A stretch of 64,000 nucleotides of DNA from Cyanophora paradoxa CCMP329. Lineage: Eukaryota > Plantae > Glaucophyta. Within the stretch, counting starts at the first letter, position 1; every line of letters starts with the position of its first letter. The translations under genes and the position numbers were made by a program. Shown here piece after piece: positions 59,101 through 64,000 of this stretch. The stretch is taken from the NCBI GenBank assembly GCA_004431415.1, contig QPMI01000035.1:186001-250000 (forward strand), read 5' to 3'. The notes under the pieces are model-generated. The model saw only the letters and a program-made list of their open reading frames with translations, was not told where the DNA came from and searched no databases.

Positions 59101-62100
59101 ACCCACGCCCGCGCCTTCGGTCGTGACATCGGCGACGCCGAGTCCCACCCCCGCCGCGTGCCCCACCGCTCCGAATCCAGGTGAACAACTCAGTGACTTG
59201 CATTAAGAATTAAAATTTCTTCATCGCATCTTGATCATGACCCGCGAGTAAAATCGGCGCAGCATGCAGCGGTGTGCCATTGTATAAAGAGTACGCAAGC
59301 ATTCCATTTCTCGATACGTGCAAGTCCGGAAATACAACCGGCGCAACCTGGACTACAAAAGACCTGTTCGTTACACGTGGAATTCTATTGAATGAATCAT
59401 CTCTGTCGGTAATTTATTTCACATCACACGCAGGTTCTCTTACCGCAACAACTGGAGCTCTTCCTCAGTCGGGTCAATGCCAGCAGCTCATTATCGATTC
59501 CGAGTCCCCTCGCGAAGGTCTCAAACGGATGTGCCGCGCGCGCTATCGACTGAGAGTGGCAGTTGACTCGAAGAACCTTTTAATTGCGCAGGAACGTCAC
59601 TGCAACTGTTTGCGGCTCAACTACAGGCTGGATGTGGTTCTCATTCTGGACGCCTTACTTGACGGCCTACGTTGGCTGTCCAAATTCTGGAAGCTTTGTT
59701 TCTGGAGCAGCGGCCGACGTGAAACGATACGGCACAGGATGTGGTCCGATAGTTATAGACGCTCGACCCGAAAAGGAATACATTCTGACAGTGCAAGGTG
59801 CATTCTGCAGACCAAATATTAACGCTGTAAACTTCGAATTCTCGATCATCATATGCATGGCATGGCTGACAACAAACGTTAACTGTAGGCGCACAATCTT
59901 CGGACATGGGTTTCTTTTCTTTGAAGGTGAACGACACCGTCGGGGAGCCGAACTGCTGCTTTTCACGTGCGTTTGTTTTTTTGGGGCCCTTCTCCATCCA
60001 TCCTCACACTCAGATCATAACCAGGTGCTTCTACGCCGACGCCTTCGCCGACACCCTCTCGCACGGTGCGGCCGTAACTCCCGAGGTTCTCCGGATTTTC
60101 TGCTGCACATATCAGCGCTGAGCAGAACCTCGCGCAGCCGTCGCCCTCCGCCAGCCCAACGCGAACGCCCTCTCCCAGTCCCTCGCGATCGAGCTCTCCA
60201 AGCCCAACGGCATCCCCAAGCCGGAAGCCCTCCCCCAGCGCTAGCGCCAGTCCGAGCCCGACGTTGATGTCAACGCCATCCCCCAGCCCTTCGAATTCGC
60301 CCAGCCGTACCCCTTCCCCTAGCCCTAGCCCCTCGTACGCGTCTAGCCCTTCACCCAGCGTTACGGCCTCTCCTAGCAATTCACCCAGCCCTTCGATGTC
60401 TCCAAGCGCGTCCCCAAACCCTTCCCCCAGCCCTTCCCCGTCGACGTCGACGTCTCCGACGCCCTCCGCTACTGCCTCTCCAAGCGCTAGCCCCTCTTCA
60501 AGCCCCTCTCCCAGCCCTTCGCTCATTATTAGCCCCACCGCAAGTCCCAGTCAGACTCCCATTACTAGTGCAAGCCCAACTTTTGCCCCCAGTCCTCTCG
60601 CAACTCTCGTGGCCAGCCCGACTCCAAGTCCAAGCATTGCAAGTGCAATTGTGTCCGTGGCCAGCCCAAGTTCCAACCCTCTGTCTATAGCGAGCCCGAG
60701 CCCTACGGCTGGAGACAGGCGTATAAACGCATTCGCAGCGACAGCTACGCCAACACCGGTACCATCGAGCGCTTCTGCAGGTGCTCCCTTCAGCTCAAAA
60801 GAATTATTGATGACCGGTGATACTTGCGACTGAAAGCTTCACTCAGGTTCCGCTGGCCCCAGCGCCAGCCCGCGTCCTACAGAGCCGGCCATTCGTTCGA
60901 CTTCCACTCCTTCTCCAAGCTCTCGTATACGTATTCCCCCTTTTTATCTTTCTAATCTTGTTATCTGCGCCTTTCTATAGCTAATCTTGTTATGTTAACG
61001 TTCCCGAGCAGCTGCCTTGCCCACGCCGCTAGAGCTGCCGACGCCGGCTGCCGACGTCGAGATATTGATTCCACTGGCGAGCATCTTTTCCACAAGCGAA
61101 ATCGCGGAGCTCGTCGACCCCCAGGCGACTTCCACAATGTTGACTCCGCCTGGGGCATCATCGACTCCCGCCTCCAACCTCAACTCGAACGCCATCTCGT
61201 TCTTCGTGCTGGTCAACGTCCCTTGCACGGCCATCACCTCTCAGATCGCCAGGACAATCCTTTTGCAAGCTTCGACGGTGCGGTGACGATGATTATATAA
61301 AAGTCAGAAATTTCGACCCCACATTCTCTTATATCGAAGTTTCCTCAGACTTTGCAAGTTCAGTCCTCCAAAGTCCGCCTCGGAGCTCTGGCCTGTGTCT
61401 TCAACTCTTTATCTGCTCGAGCGCGCCACTTGCTCGCGGGCATAGTCCAGGCTCAGCTCATTGCGAGGGCCGAATCTGCGATTGAATTCCAGAGCATTGA
61501 ATCGAAGCTAATGGCGACGGCAGTCCGCGAGAGCATGGTCACCGCTCTCCAGGCGGTCGGTCTCCCAGCTGTCAGCGTCTTTGTTGTCCCCCGTGCTACC
61601 CAGCCCTCCACATCGATATCGATATCGCCTGCTGTGGCGCCATCATTGGCCCCATCGACCCCTGTTGTCTCTACCGAAATGTCCGGCCAGGCCTCAAGTT
61701 CTTTGCCAATTGGTCTGGTTGTTGCAGCAGGTGGTGGAGGGGCTGCAATCATCGCCGTTGTTGTCGGTGTTGTCATTTTCGTGCAGCGGGGGCGCCGGCG
61801 GCGCCGAACTCGAGTCCAGCATCTCTCGCCTGCAACAGCCACCCCAGGCGACGGCAAGAAAGTACGAGTCACAAGCCGCGGTATCAGATCTATAGCTAGA
61901 CATTTAGTGCCGCCGGCGGCCGCGGCCGAGATAGCGCCAGTTAGTCCGACCAGCGGTCTACACGATTTACCTCAATCTGGCACTGGCGTACGCGTACGCG
62001 TCTTTCCAGCTCCAGCTGCAGTCGAACTCGAATCCGAGTCGACTCCAATGGACCAGCCGCAGCCGCAGGGCGAGGGCCACGGCACCGATCTGTCCCCTGA

Positions 62101-62257
62101 TCAGCCGGCCGCGGAGATGGCAGACTATGCATCGCATTTAGTCAATGTCGATCGCGAGAGGAGCAGTATGCGCCGCAGCCTGGCTTCCGTCGACGTCGAC
62201 TCCTTTGATTCCGATCCCGCGACCGCGAGAATCGCGCCGACTCCGGCTCACGCTTGA
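53156..62257 (+). CDS. Large type I membrane protein: signal, 2 x (LamG/ConA-like + two Cys-containing beta modules), Ser/Pro/Thr mucin stalk, TM, cytosolic tail
   Basis: Twice: LT(F/I)SFWMM, VF(N/S)FG, GDW(V/A)H(I/V)AITM, YY(V/I)NG, FIGRSAWSCDPY..DF(R/K)VF, LFWYPLND..AKDYSG. Four 'T.xASVC/ATVC...GC...CG...Y.(L/I).V...F.L.(I/V)' modules. (SP)n stalk at ~60140-60800; TM AAIIAVVVGVVIFV followed by QRGRRRRR. Confidence 0.8.
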
Positions 62258-62482
62258 TCTGAATTAACGCGGTAGTTATAGCTATATCAGGCGAACCCTC
62301 TTCCGAAATCCCAAAACGAGCGAGCACTATATGTGCGCACTATATATAGATCGTTTGCGCGTATATTTTCCATCTTTCCTGTTTGTTTTGATCAGGTCGT
62401 TGGCAGTAATCGTTTAATTGTGCTCACCAGATTTCACGTGCTCATGTTTCATTTCATATAAGACTCGTTATCTTGGATTGAG

Positions 62483-64000
62483 CTACATTACATTACACAT
62501 GTGCACTTTACACTTAGACTTGTGAAAGGCTTGTGCCGAACCGGGGGGTGCGAGGCGGCGTCGCGCCAGGCGCCAGCGGCCTGGCGAGTGGCAAGCGCCC
62601 GCGCGGCGAGGCGCCGGTACTGGTACAGATCTAGAGTGACAGTACGCCGGTCCACGGGCCCATGAAACGCAGTCAGGCGCGGCGAGGAGTAGGGTAAAAG
62701 GGTACAGGGGCAGATGGGTAGAAAGGGAGGGTAGAAAGGGTAGAAAGGGGGGGGGGAGGGGGGGGGGGCGGGAGGTACGATTCTCTCGTACCGTGCTGCG
62801 TAGAGAGTGTCACGATGGCGAGCATCCTATCCAATAGGCTACGTAGCCGGATCACCTCACACTAGCTCGGCGCCGGATTTGGCTAGGAATCACCCCTGCC
62901 GTAACAAGAGTGAAAACATCTGGACCAAAATCGAATCGACTAGCAAGGGAAGGGAGGAGGGCGGCGCCCGCCGCGTCGCAGGGTCGCGCCTGCGGCGCGG
63001 GGCCAGGCACCAAGGCACCCGCACAAGCCGAGCGCCCCCGGCGGCAAAGGCCTCCCTTCGGCCAGGCACAGGCACCCGTGGATCGAGGGGGCGACGGGGG
63101 GGGGAGGGGGGGGGATTTGGCCGGGGGGGCACGTTAGGGGGTGGAGAGGGGTGGGGCCGGGTGCGGGTAGAAGATTGCTGACCTGGAGCGTCTGCGGCCG
63201 GGTACGATACGAGGGTGGAGCGGAGGTAGAAGTGCAGGGTGGGTACAGAGAAAGGGGGGGGAAGAGAAATGCTGCCCTGAAGAACGGCTGCCCTGCGCCG
63301 AGAAGAGGGTGAGAGGGTGAGATGGGGGGAGCGGAGTGAGGGGGAGGGGGAGCGAAGCCGGCGAGCTGAGGGGGTTACGGAGACGCTACGGAGACGGCAG
63401 ATTGCGGCGAGGCTGGCGAGGGGGTACCGGCGCTGAGCCGCCCGGAAAGGAAGTGGGGTTAAGGGAGGCCGCACGGGGGTCGGAGGGAGGGGGCTCCGGA
63501 TTCGGGTGGGGTACGGGTGGATGTGGAGAATGCTGCCACGGAAAACGGATGCCCTGCGCCGGGTGGGGGGTGAAGACAAAAAGAGGCAGGGCGGAGAGGG
63601 TGGAGCAAGGCGAAGGGGCGAGAGGAGTGAGCAGAAGTGGGTACGGAGGCGCACGGTGTCTTATTCTGCGCGCGGCGGGGGCCAGAGGGTCAGGCCGAAG
63701 GGGTTCCGAGGGTTACCAAAAGATCGGGGCGAAGCCGGCGAGGGGGAGTACCGGGGGAGGCCAGTCGCTCCGCCCAGGGGCCGTGGCCAGAGCTTCTAGG
63801 GGTACCGAGGGGTACCGGGGTACCGACGACGAGGAGGGCGCCCCGCGCGCCGCGCCGGAGATGCGCTGGTGGCCATGGGGGACCAGCAGCGAAGGGTCGG
63901 GGCTGAGAGAGTCGGGAGAGAGGTCCCGCCCTCCCTGCTCCGGCGCCGTGGGAGGGTCGGCGGACGGGGGGGCGGGCGGGGGACGGCGGGGGGGCCGCCA
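62483..64000 (-). CDS. 3' part of an unidentified multi-exon gene entering from the right edge
   Basis: Exon-like segments between pyrimidine-rich introns (ARPCDAAGAALLPSLASRFDFGPDVFTLV, VIRLRSLLDRMLAIVTL, DLYQYRRLAARALA). No family recognised. Confidence 0.3.

Overview
GC-rich, intron-dense eukaryotic DNA from a unicellular alga or protist. Short GT-AG and frequent GC-AG introns fragment the ORF track, so the gene models were assembled by hand and exon limits are approximate. From left to right: a DUF4062-NACHT (NLR/NPHP3-like) gene running off the left edge; a young, 5'-truncated Ngaro/PAT-type tyrosine-recombinase retrotransposon (gag, RT-RNaseH, YR, split direct repeats); GT2-like glycosyltransferase, SMPD4, CBM20 and F-box/LRR genes; an 8.7-kb satellite of alternating ~350-bp monomers; an orphan multi-exon gene; intron-containing SMPD4 fragments; a HAD pyrimidine-nucleotidase-like gene; a coiled-coil/divergent HECT E3 gene; pogo-like MITEs carrying A-tailed retroposon ends; and a large LamG/mucin-stalk type-I membrane protein gene. 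The most striking signal is pervasive. Repeat copies differ by stereotyped 'inverted triplication' insertions (X-C-revcomp(X)-G-X, +8 bp; X-revcomp(X)-X, +6 or +4 bp). This is the product expected from hairpin-type excision of a DNA transposon with C...G ends and 2-3-bp TSDs, and these scars appear to saturate promoters, introns and even exons. The Ngaro element is also odd: it is 5'-truncated, flanked by an 8-bp direct repeat, and has gag and pol in one frame across a single UGA followed by a hairpin.
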